A stretch of 64,000 nucleotides of DNA, from IMG/VR virus record IMGVR_UViG_2639763153_000002; one strand, written 5' to 3'. The notes beneath the pieces are model-generated. The model saw only the letters and a list, made by a program, of their open reading frames with translations, had not been told where the DNA came from and made no database searches. A program made the translations under genes and the position numbers. The stretch is from a virus. Its lineage: Duplodnaviria > Heunggongvirae > Uroviricota > Caudoviricetes. Positions 1-7,884 of this stretch are shown here, piece by piece (positions within the stretch are counted from its first letter, which is position 1; the number at the start of each line of letters is the position of its first letter).

Positions 1-5
1 ACGCG

Positions 6-551
6 ATGACGTTAAAAAACCCTGTAATGTCCAAACTTTCCGAAAGTATTCGTATTGACATGGCTTCTTGCTTAGCAACTTTTGCATTCAATGATTATGC
101 GCGATCAGCTGCTAGCAAGAGTACGTGCCCACAATGTAATGGGCAGCGAGTCATTCGGGAGGTAAAGGACGTTGTTAAACACCCGGGAGTGAAAGGCATC
201 CCACCTACGATTAAACGTGAAGAGGTTGAATCAACATGCAGTCATTGCGCGGGAAAGGGCTGGATCAGTACAGCGTGCAGGGACTGCCGTGGACGCGGCC
301 TAGTACTCGATAAAAAACGTACTGAGTTGCATAAAGTCCCTGTACAAAAATTATGTGGTCGGTGTAATGGAAAGGGTTACAGACGTTTGCCTACGACACT
401 GGTAAAAGATCGAGTAATACGCCTAGTGCCTAATATGACCAATTATCAGTGGTACAGCGGTTACGCTGAGGTGATCAATATTCTCGTAACAAAATGCTGG
501 CAGGAGGAAACATACGCTGAAATGCAACTGAGAAAAATGACAAAAGAATAG
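6..551 (+). CDS. DnaJ-type zinc-finger protein with four CXXCXGXG motifs. Function unknown (possible phage regulator). May extend 5' beyond window
   Basis: Motifs CPQCNGQR, CSHCAGKG, CRDCRGRG and CGRCNGKG at regular spacing. ATG at 6. Confidence 0.5.
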   Translation: MTLKNPVMSKLSESIRIDMASCLATFAFNDYARSAASKSTCPQCNGQRVIREVKDVVKHPGVKGIPPTIKREEVESTCSHCAGKGWISTACRDCRGRGLVLDKKRTELHKVPVQKLCGRCNGKGYRRLPTTLVKDRVIRLVPNMTNYQWYSGYAEVINILVTKCWQEETYAEMQLRKMTKE

Positions 552-587
552 TTAAAAAGCCACGTAAGTGGCTTTAATCTATCGCTT

Positions 588-938
588 TTATATTGAAATC
601 AATCTTTCGAAAAGAGCCTGCTGTACAGACTGCCTTTGACCAAAAATGGCGTGGGCAGTGATTTCTTCTGACTCTACATCGTAGGAATAAAGGACACGAT
701 AACCATCCTTGGTGATGCATTCACGATAGCGGTCACAGCCTAACTGAAGTAAGTCGGATGAAATCTGACATCCTTCAGGGAAGACATCAACTTTCATTTC
801 AAATGCTTGAATTTGTTTAGAAAGGATATCTTTTGGATTTTCCATTGTGGAGGATAAAAAATCCAAGATGTTACGGGCAGTCATTTTGAAGGTTTCGGTG
901 TAGATAACACCATTTTGTGAAGATTTGCTGTTAGGCAT
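588..938 (-). CDS. Type II toxin, ParE/RelE superfamily
   Basis: About 100-aa core with C-terminal YRVLYSYDVESEEITAHAIFGQRQ typical of the RelE/ParE fold. Sits 24 nt downstream of a Phd/YefM gene. GGGAGGG RBS. Confidence 0.65.
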   Translation of the reverse strand: MPNSKSSQNGVIYTETFKMTARNILDFLSSTMENPKDILSKQIQAFEMKVDVFPEGCQISSDLLQLGCDRYRECITKDGYRVLYSYDVESEEITAHAIFGQRQSVQQALFERLISI

Positions 939-962
939 GTGCCCTCCCAGTTATTGCAAGTA

Positions 963-1190
963 TTATAGACTTGCCATTAACTGGTCACGACTGTACGTGC
1001 GTCCCTCGCTTTTATCTTTTTCAGAGAGAGTTAAAAGTTTTAGTAATGCAATAGCATTATCCCTTTTCGTTCGCTCTTCATAAGATTCTACAACATAAGC
1101 GGGCACACCGTTTTGTGTGACCAGTAATGGCTCTGATAGATCAAGCATCGCGGCATGCTTTTTTAAGTAACTGATAGTTTCGACTTTCAT
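963..1190 (-). CDS. Type II antitoxin, Phd/YefM family
   Basis: 75 aa. N-terminal [11 protein letters not shown]...[16 protein letters not shown] matches the YefM/Phd pattern. Upstream partner of the toxin. Confidence 0.7.
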   Translation of the reverse strand: MKVETISYLKKHAAMLDLSEPLLVTQNGVPAYVVESYEERTKRDNAIALLKLLTLSEKDKSEGRTYSRDQLMASL

Positions 1191-1434
1191 AGTCTTTCCT
1201 CTTATTAACCTTTTATTTAACGAAGTACCTCTTTAGAGAGAGTTGGTATCACTCCGTGTTGACGCAAAGTGGTCAACAAAACATCGGCACTTAAGCCGCT
1301 TTTTTTCACTACATCAAATTGTGACCCCACACCCGCATGGGGGTAACCCGAAGGTTAGTCTTAATTTAGACTTTATTTGGACCTTTGTCAAGCCTTATCA
1401 CTCTTTGATCTTGGTTTCAATAAAAATTTATAAG

Positions 1435-1463
1435 TTGAAGCTTTCAAAATTACAGGGTAGTAT
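1435..1463 (+). promoter_or_regulatory. Sigma70-like promoter TTGAAG-N17-TAGTAT driving a short transcript
   Basis: Near-consensus hexamers with 17-nt spacer. About 55 nt upstream of an intrinsic terminator. Confidence 0.4.
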
Positions 1464-1501
1464 TTCATTAACGATGGGCCTTGTATGTTCACCGTTGATT
1501 A

Positions 1502-1525
1502 ACCCGCCAATGTGCGGGTTTTTTT
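1502..1525 (+). terminator. Rho-independent terminator (CCCGC-loop-GCGGG followed by T7)
   Basis: Perfect 5 to 6 bp GC stem plus U-run, read from sequence. Confidence 0.6.
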
Positions 1526-1960
1526 ATGGGCAGAAGTCAGGTAATTCCGCTTCTTTTTCAATTACTTCTTGCTGGCATTGCTGACCAGAGCTATCTGTGT
1601 GTCACGCCAAATGAAAGGGTAAAAGACATGGTAAATCAGCAAGATATGACAGAAACAGCCAAAGCGGTTTTGAATGCCTTAAGCGACAAGCCTGCAAAGG
1701 ATTGCACAGAATACGCATCTGACGCGCGAACGTTGCCAGTTAATACTGACGCAGCTTGTGATGGCGGGGTTATCTGATTACCAGTTTGGGTGTTACAAGC
1801 GCCTCCAGTAACGGAGGTTTCCTGCTGTGAAAATGGGCGGCTGGTGGGTGTTGTAGCACCCGGCCAGCCATTCGCTCATGTAGAAGGTCACAAGCGAACC
1901 ATGGCCCACTGCTTTAGCGCAAAAGCATAGTGAGCCTACCAGAGTTACGCTTACTGATCT

Positions 1961-3010
1961 ATGAAAAACACTGTAAAAATATCCAGTATTGAGTTAGTGA
2001 ATGCTGACTGCCTGCAATATCTTCCATCGCTACCTGATAACTCTATCGACCTGATCGTTACGGACCCGCCTTACTTTAAGGTAAAACCGAACGGCTGGGA
2101 TAATCAGTGGAAAGGGGACGAGGATTACTTACATTGGCTGGATAGATGTTTGTCCGAGTTCTGGCGGGTATTAAAACCCTCCGGCAGTATGTACTTGTTC
2201 TGCGGGCACCGTTTAGCCTCCGATATTGAAATACTGGTTAGAGAGCGTTTTAACCTGCTCAACCATATCATCTGGGCCAAACCATCAGGCCGCTGGAATG
2301 GATGCAATAAAGAAAGTCTGCGTTCATATTTCCCGGCTACTGAGCGGATCATTTTTGCTGATCATTATCAGGGACCATACAGGCCAAAGGACGATGGATA
2401 CGCCGCGAAATGTAATGAGCTAAAGCAGCATGTCATGACTCCATTAATTTCATATTTCCGTGATGCGAGAGAGTCTCTGGGGGTAACCTCTGCTCAAATT
2501 GCTGCTGCAACGGGAAAGAAAAATATGGTTTCCCACTGGTTTGGTCTTAGCCAGTGGCAGTTGCCGAGCGAATCCGACTATTTGAAGCTCCAGGCATTGT
2601 TCCAGCAAATTGCTGGTGGCAAGCATGCTCGCAATGAGCTGGAGAGGCCTCACCACCAGCTGGTGGCAACATGGCAATCACTTAACGGGAAATACGCAGA
2701 ACTCCAGCAGGAGTATCAGCGTCTACGTAGACCATTCGGCGTTTCTGTCACGGTGCCATATACCGACGTCTGGACCCATAAGCCGGTTCAGTTCTACCCG
2801 GGGAAGCACCCATGTGAAAAGCCCGCCGATATGTTGCAGCAGATCATTACTGCCAGCAGCCGGCCAGGTGATGTGGTGGCGGATTTCTTCTTCGGATCTG
2901 GCTCAACTCTTAAGCAGGCCGCTTTGCTCGGTCGGAATGGTATCGGTGTTGAGCTTGAGAAGGAGCGATTTGATCAGACGGTCATGGAAATGCGTAATTT
3001 GCTGGTTTAG
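1961..3010 (+). CDS. DNA N6-adenine/N4-cytosine methyltransferase (beta-class, DPPY motif)
   Basis: IVTDPPYF catalytic motif IV near N-terminus. FFFGSGST SAM-binding motif I near C-terminus. 349 aa. Confidence 0.85.
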   Translation: MKNTVKISSIELVNADCLQYLPSLPDNSIDLIVTDPPYFKVKPNGWDNQWKGDEDYLHWLDRCLSEFWRVLKPSGSMYLFCGHRLASDIEILVRERFNLLNHIIWAKPSGRWNGCNKESLRSYFPATERIIFADHYQGPYRPKDDGYAAKCNELKQHVMTPLISYFRDARESLGVTSAQIAAATGKKNMVSHWFGLSQWQLPSESDYLKLQALFQQIAGGKHARNELERPHHQLVATWQSLNGKYAELQQEYQRLRRPFGVSVTVPYTDVWTHKPVQFYPGKHPCEKPADMLQQIITASSRPGDVVADFFFGSGSTLKQAALLGRNGIGVELEKERFDQTVMEMRNLLV

Positions 3011-3076
3011 CTCAGCAGGTAGAGCGCCTGCTTTGTAAGCAGGATGTCGGCGGTTCGATTCCGTCAACCAGCACCA
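3001..3076 (+). tRNA. tRNA-Thr (anticodon UGU), non-canonical sequence, probably phage-borne
   Basis: Cloverleaf: acceptor GCTGGTT/AACCAGC, D arm GCTC-AGCAGGTA-GAGC, anticodon stem CCTGC/GCAGG with loop TTTGTAA, T arm GGCGG-TTCGATT-CCGTC, 3' ACCA. Confidence 0.85.
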
Positions 3077-3283
3077 GATAATGGTATAACCTGATGACGG
3101 GTTCATGCCACAACTTATCAGGAGCGTTGCGTCAACAGCGGCAAGACTCAAGCAGGGGATTGTCTTCAGGATGGCCAGCATTACCATCGTTCCCTTACCG
3201 ACTAGTGATGAATTTTTGAAAAAACCTATAATGCTAAAAAAATGATATGCTTCTTGTTCGGCTAGTATCTATAGGGCGAACAT

Positions 3284-4069
3284 ATGTATATATATGAATT
3301 AGTTAAACCTGGTGCCAGCATAAATCATGAAGACCGGGAGGTTGCCTGTAAATTTTACGGGCTTTTAGGGCAGTTAGAATCAGCGTTTTATGATGCAAAT
3401 GTATCGTTAAATTTATTTGAGTTTGAAAGGGATGGACTCGCTAGGCTTAATGAGCATTCTCCCGAACAGTGGGAAAAAGACGCCCAAAAAAGGCGAGAGT
3501 TAACGCAGCAGGTTCGCCAAGAGCTTGGATTGTCAATGTATGAGTTTTCCGATGAATTAGACTTCGAAGTAAATGCTCGGTTAAAAAGAGGAAAATGGCA
3601 ACATGGCGAGTTCCCACAATCCCATCGCCGTAGAATTATTTTTTTGCATGCAAAGTCATTTCTTTATGCTTTGGATACCATCGATAAATTTTTAAAAGTG
3701 ATATCTGATGAATCAGGGGCTCCGCCGGAAATAAAACTGCAACATACTCAGATAGCTACTGATTTTCCATACCTGAGGGGGGTAAGGAATTCAACTCAGC
3801 ATTTAGAGGATAGGGCTCGTGGCCTAGGCGCAGGTAGATCTCCACAACCTTTAAGCTTACAACCAGTGGCTAACGGTTCTATTTTTGCCCCTCAAGGGGC
3901 GTTAATTCTGAGTAATTTAAATGGAACAAAGTTTGGATGCACAATGGCAGATGGTCATTTTGGTGAAGTAGATGTGTCACCGGAGTCGATGGATAAACTT
4001 AAGTCCATAATTCAAAATACGTTTAATGCCTTCGAATGGGATGGACCAAAAGAACATCTTCCGACATAA
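3284..4069 (+). CDS. Hypothetical protein, AT-rich orphan gene with its own TATAAT promoter
   Basis: 261-aa ORF with no recognisable motif. TATAAT at about 3228. Composition visibly AT-richer than flanking sequence. Confidence 0.5.
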   Translation: MYIYELVKPGASINHEDREVACKFYGLLGQLESAFYDANVSLNLFEFERDGLARLNEHSPEQWEKDAQKRRELTQQVRQELGLSMYEFSDELDFEVNARLKRGKWQHGEFPQSHRRRIIFLHAKSFLYALDTIDKFLKVISDESGAPPEIKLQHTQIATDFPYLRGVRNSTQHLEDRARGLGAGRSPQPLSLQPVANGSIFAPQGALILSNLNGTKFGCTMADGHFGEVDVSPESMDKLKSIIQNTFNAFEWDGPKEHLPT

Positions 4070-4227
4070 TTTCGCGTATAGAATTCCCTAGAGGCTATCA
4101 GTATTGGTAGCCTTTTCCATTTTCTCCGCTAGTACCTCGGCCACATTATTTTTAGTCGTGAGTTTTTCTTGCGGCTATTCCCCCCACATCACAAAGCGCC
4201 ATCCGTCATCTTCGGAGGTGAGAAATA

Positions 4228-4362
4228 ATGAAAATGCCCAATAACCCGAGTAACAGGCCTGATCTGCCGTCGCTGCTGCAGAGTTGGTGGTTCGGAGATA
4301 CGCCGTTCGGCGTTGTGCTGCTTTCTGTGTTTAAGGCTGGGAGGCTTAGTAAGCACTGGTAA
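4228..4362 (+). CDS. Unannotated 44-codon ORF with perfect SD (GGAGGTG-N7-ATG). Hydrophobic C-terminal half
   Basis: Translated by hand: MKMPNNPSNRPDLPSLLQSWWFGDTPFGVVLLSVFKAGRLSKHW. Confidence 0.25.
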   Translation: MKMPNNPSNRPDLPSLLQSWWFGDTPFGVVLLSVFKAGRLSKHW

Positions 4363-4376
4363 TTATGTTTCTGTCA

Positions 4377-4440
4377 TTGACGCATCGAATGTTTGGATTA
4401 TAAATTATTATTGTGGTAAATCCCCCCCTATGCGGAGGGG
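4377..4440 (+). promoter_or_regulatory. PR'-like late promoter (TTGACG-N16-TATAAA) plus conserved downstream element ATTGTGGTAAATCCCCCCCTATGCGGAGGGG
   Basis: Near-consensus sigma70 hexamers. The same CCCCCTATGCGGAGGGG hairpin motif recurs in prophage B late region. About 300 nt upstream of the intrinsic terminator, like lambda PR'-6S-tR'. Confidence 0.45.
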
Positions 4441-4684
4441 CGACCAGTCAGTTACAGAAACCTGTAAATGCAGCGCGGGCCATGTCGACTGGGACATGCT
4501 CATCGGGAGGCACCCGGCACCACATTGCCACTAAACATATTAAGATTTATGGCAGGTTTACTTTTGCGGTTGCCCTTCTATGTTTATAGAACGTAACGGC
4601 AAAAGTGAATGCTTCCTGGTAAATCGGTAGCTCGGACTATTAGGAGCGCCTTCGATTCGTTACTACCTAGAATGCCTACTTTCT

Positions 4685-4708
4685 GCCCGCCTTCTGGCGG
4701 GCTTTTTT
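4685..4708 (+). terminator. tR'-like rho-independent terminator (GCCCGCC-ttct-GGCGGGC followed by T6)
   Basis: 7-bp GC stem plus U-run. About 180 nt upstream of the holin. Confidence 0.6.
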
Positions 4709-4884
4709 ACGCCATCAATAAGGCGTTTCAGTAAGCAAAGGAAAACATCGTTTGAAGGCTGTGCTTTGCGTGGCCTTTTCTTTTTTCAGGCCCACGGGAA
4801 TCATCATCGATACGCTTCGTTGTTAAATCCAGCCCGTCGGGCCTAAACCTTTTCAAACACACACAGCACCTCGTTAACCCGGAG

Positions 4885-5214
4885 GTGGAGACTATGAAAA
4901 TGAACAATCAGAACGAGAATATCGTTACCCATTTCTTTGCGTGGTTGGCTGCTGTTGCCTCAATGCTGGGGATCACTACTCAGGACATGGTTTATATCCT
5001 CTTTGGTTTCATCGGCGTGGTGATTTCTCTCGCGTCGTTTGTGTTGGGGAGAATGGATGCGCGGAAAGAGCGAAACGAAGACAGTAAGCGAACGCAGTTG
5101 CTGGCTGATTATCTCCATGGCGTGCAGCAGAAACCAGTTCGTGAGCGCCCATCGTCTGCTGAAGTGATCACAGAATCAATGAACAGGATAAACAACGATG
5201 GCGCAGCTGACTAA
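4885..5214 (+). CDS. Holin (likely ATG start at 4894 after GGAGGTGGAG)
   Basis: Two hydrophobic TM helices followed by a charged C-terminal tail. First gene of the lysis cassette. Listed start is GTG. Confidence 0.7.
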   Translation: METMKMNNQNENIVTHFFAWLAAVASMLGITTQDMVYILFGFIGVVISLASFVLGRMDARKERNEDSKRTQLLADYLHGVQQKPVRERPSSAEVITESMNRINNDGAAD

Positions 5215-5722
5215 AAGAGCCGGTACCACCGGCGCGGTTTGTTCTGTGGCAGCGATTATCGCAATAGTGCTTAATGCCGGTCACGTGCGTACCAACGAGC
5301 GTGGGCTCGATCTGATTGGCAACGCTGAAGGTTGTCGGCGTGATCCCTATGTCTGCCCGGCAGCTGTGCTAACCGATGGCATCGGAAACACACACGGAGT
5401 TAAACCCGGTGTGCGCAAAACTGACAAGCAGATCGCCGCTGACTGGGAAAGAAACATCCTTGAGGCCGAGCGTTGCGTAAATACCTATGGCAATGGCCGA
5501 CGGCTGAGCGACAACACATTTTCAGCGGTAACGTCGATCACCTTTAACGCAGGCTGCGCCAATATGCAGAAATCGACATTGTTTGCGCTACTCGTGAAAG
5601 GTCAGGTTACGCAGGCATGTAACCAGTTCCCTCGCTGGGCGTACGGTGGTGGGAAAGTTATTCCCGGCCTTGTGACTCGTCGCGCAGCAGAGAAACAGCT
5701 CTGCCTGGAAGGTGTGAAATGA
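5198..5722 (+). CDS. Endolysin, T4-type lysozyme (GH24)
   Basis: 174 aa with [27 protein letters not shown] lysozyme core. Start overlaps the holin stop. Confidence 0.85.
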   Translation: MAQLTKRAGTTGAVCSVAAIIAIVLNAGHVRTNERGLDLIGNAEGCRRDPYVCPAAVLTDGIGNTHGVKPGVRKTDKQIAADWERNILEAERCVNTYGNGRRLSDNTFSAVTSITFNAGCANMQKSTLFALLVKGQVTQACNQFPRWAYGGGKVIPGLVTRRAAEKQLCLEGVK

Positions 5723-6186
5723 GCCGATTAACCGCCATTATCAGCGCTGTTGTGATCTGCCTGATAGTCAGCCTCGGCTGGCTGACCAGTCACTACCACG
5801 ACAACGCCACTGAGTTCAAAAGGCAGCGTGACGAGAAGGTTAAAGCGCTAAACCTTGCGAACGAGACCATCACCGACATGACAACTCGGCAGCGCGATGT
5901 TGCAGCGCTCGATGCCAAATACACGAAGGAATTAGCCGATGCTAAAGCTGAAAATGATGCTCTGCAGCGTAAGCTTGATAATGGTGGTCGGGTGCTCGTC
6001 AAAGGCAAGTGTCCAGTGTCAGCCGCAACCCAAACCCCCGTCGCCGCCAGCATGGGCGATGATGCCACCGTCGAACTCTCTGCAGTTGCTGGACGAAACG
6101 TTCTCGGTATCCGATCCGGAATCCTCAGCGACCAAACAGCCCTGAGGGCGCTGCAGGACTACATCGCCACTCAGTGCCACCGGTAA
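5719..6186 (+). CDS. i-spanin (Rz-like)
   Basis: N-terminal TM helix followed by a coiled-coil-prone periplasmic domain. Overlaps the endolysin stop (ATGA). Confidence 0.7.
   Translation: MSRLTAIISAVVICLIVSLGWLTSHYHDNATEFKRQRDEKVKALNLANETITDMTTRQRDVAALDAKYTKELADAKAENDALQRKLDNGGRVLVKGKCPVSAATQTPVAASMGDDATVELSAVAGRNVLGIRSGILSDQTALRALQDYIATQCHR
5939..6145 (+). CDS. o-spanin (Rz1-like lipoprotein) embedded in the +1 frame of Rz
   Basis: Lipobox MVVGC, proline-rich mature peptide, fully embedded in the Rz gene. Confidence 0.6.
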   Translation: MLKLKMMLCSVSLIMVVGCSSKASVQCQPQPKPPSPPAWAMMPPSNSLQLLDETFSVSDPESSATKQP

Positions 6187-6222
6187 TCTTGTTAAGAAAG
6201 TCTTCTTGGAAGGCTGTAGATC

Positions 6223-6657
6223 TTACTTGCAGCCTTTAAATGCGTCGTACTCTGGCCAGTCTGCGAATCCTATGGGTCTTTTTGCTTCATCTGGATTAAG
6301 TCTTTTTTTCTTAATAAGCAATACGTTAATCTGATTGACGTGTTGAATTAATTCAACTGGACTTCCATCTTCAAGATGACCGATAAACGAGATTAATGAT
6401 GGATTCCAGTAACCTATATCTGTGAAATGGAATTCAATGCTTCTTCCAAAGCTAGCAAGTTGACCTCCAACCTCATGCTCACTATCGAGATCACGATGAA
6501 AGTCGTTTATCCAGCAAATAAGGCGACGGTGAAATTCGTTAGCTAGGTTTTGGTTTTTAGGAACGTCTGGGAAGCGGGGTTTGTTCATATTTTCATAATA
6601 ATTTTGAAGTGTTTCTATAGACGGTATGTTAAATCCAAAAGGTTTATCAGCTGACAT
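6223..6657 (-). CDS. Hypothetical protein (opposite-strand orphan/moron)
   Basis: 144-aa ORF with ATG start. AT-rich. Orientation opposite to the late operon. Confidence 0.5.
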   Translation of the reverse strand: MSADKPFGFNIPSIETLQNYYENMNKPRFPDVPKNQNLANEFHRRLICWINDFHRDLDSEHEVGGQLASFGRSIEFHFTDIGYWNPSLISFIGHLEDGSPVELIQHVNQINVLLIKKKRLNPDEAKRPIGFADWPEYDAFKGCK

Positions 6658-6722
6658 TTTTTGCCCTTATAGGTTGTGTGACACTCACAACAGCTAAAAA
6701 AATAACTGTCGCGAGCGTCTAA

Positions 6723-7235
6723 GTGTTCAACTTAATAATATCTCCCTACCAACGTATTTCAACCAGAGGACGTCATGGTAAAACCAGACTGGGAGGCCAT
6801 CGAGACGGCGTACCGGGCCGGGTGATGTCTCTCCGTGAAATTGCGTCGCAGCACGGCATCAGCGAAGACGCTATCCGTAAGCGCGCTAAGCGTGACGACT
6901 GGTCATGTGACTTGAATACGAAGGTGAAAGTATACGCTGACGATCTGGTACGCAAAGCAGATGTACGCAAACAAGTTCGCAGTGAAGTCACTTTGAACGA
7001 ACGCGTACTGATTGAAGCGACTGCTGAGGTAATCGCCAATGTCCGCATGGAGCATCGTAGTTATATCAAGCGAGCCCGGCAGATAACGAACGCACTGTTT
7101 GATGAGCTTGGTGCTGAGTGCGATGATGCGACAGCGACTCAAGGGCATGAGCGTGGCCACTCCGGGAAGTGGCAAAGCATTACAGGAGCCATGCTGCCGG
7201 GTGGGATCACCGCGCGCTTTTATGAGGTCGCCTGA
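6723..7235 (+). CDS. HTH DNA-binding protein with terminase-small-subunit-like N-terminus. Probable start 6825, preceded by a 16-codon uORF 6775..6825 (possible frameshifted gene)
   Basis: MSLREIASQHGISEDAIRKRAKRDDW HTH-like. uORF MVKPDWEAIETAYRAG has GAGGA RBS and a TGATG overlap. Confidence 0.4.
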   Translation: MFNLIISPYQRISTRGRHGKTRLGGHRDGVPGRVMSLREIASQHGISEDAIRKRAKRDDWSCDLNTKVKVYADDLVRKADVRKQVRSEVTLNERVLIEATAEVIANVRMEHRSYIKRARQITNALFDELGAECDDATATQGHERGHSGKWQSITGAMLPGGITARFYEVA

Positions 7236-7242
7236 TTCTGAT

Positions 7243-7491
7243 TTATCTCTTCTTCATTGTTAGTTCGAACTGGGCTTTGTATGTACTTAGCATGAATTCA
7301 AGACGTTCAGGATCTTTAAATTTTGTAAGCGCGAAGGGTCCGTATCGCTCTTCGCTATTTTCAAAGTCGTAGTAAACCACGAACGGAACGACATTTTTGT
7401 AATCACTCCGGGTTTCATCAACAACACACTTAAAGGGTAAAAAATAAGACTCAGTAATGTCCCTTGCTTCTTCCCAACTTAGTTTTTTCAC
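7243..7491 (-). CDS. Hypothetical protein (GTG start), opposite-strand orphan
   Basis: 82-aa ORF, AT-rich, no motif recognised. Confidence 0.4.
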   Translation of the reverse strand: MKKLSWEEARDITESYFLPFKCVVDETRSDYKNVVPFVVYYDFENSEERYGPFALTKFKDPERLEFMLSTYKAQFELTMKKR

Positions 7492-7583
7492 AGTGCGTTC
7501 CTAGATCGGTAATTTGACATTGTGGATAGATAGCATATCCGAAATGAACATTTCATGTTTCTTTCATCGCACAGAAGTAACAC

Positions 7584-7829
7584 ATGGCAGAAATCACACC
7601 AGCAGAACAGATCCGCCTGAATCTGCTTTCCACCCTGAACTACGACACCGCAGCGGCTGGTAAGGCTATTGAGTTCGTCCAGGATAGCCCGCTCAAATAT
7701 CAGCTTTTCATCCAGCAGTACAGCCGCGTGACAACTGAATCCGAAGTGGTGGCACGGACCATCAAAGCGGTTCAGGAGTCGACCGAAGCGCTGGCGCTGT
7801 TTGATACCGGCGCAGAGCAGGCAAGCTAA
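7584..7829 (+). CDS. Conserved small phage protein (paralogue of 48030..48275 in prophage B)
   Basis: 81 aa. Shares ITPAEQIRL, NYDTAAA and TEALALFDT with the prophage B gene. Same position before HNH-terminase. Confidence 0.55.
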   Translation: MAEITPAEQIRLNLLSTLNYDTAAAGKAIEFVQDSPLKYQLFIQQYSRVTTESEVVARTIKAVQESTEALALFDTGAEQAS

Positions 7830-7884
7830 GGCATTACAGCAGGCACTCGCTGAGCGCCAGTGATAATGCTCAAGGAGCGATTAC

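Noticed and set aside
2125-3038. Several 65 to 142-aa ORFs overlapping the methyltransferase gene in other frames/strand
   Set aside because: Nested within a clearly conserved methyltransferase reading frame. No independent signals
3001-3076. tRNA-Thr as prophage attachment site
   Set aside because: No integrase adjacent. The tRNA is full length and overlapped by a phage methylase gene. Position matches phage-encoded tRNAs between Q and lysis genes. Cannot be fully excluded without flanking sequence
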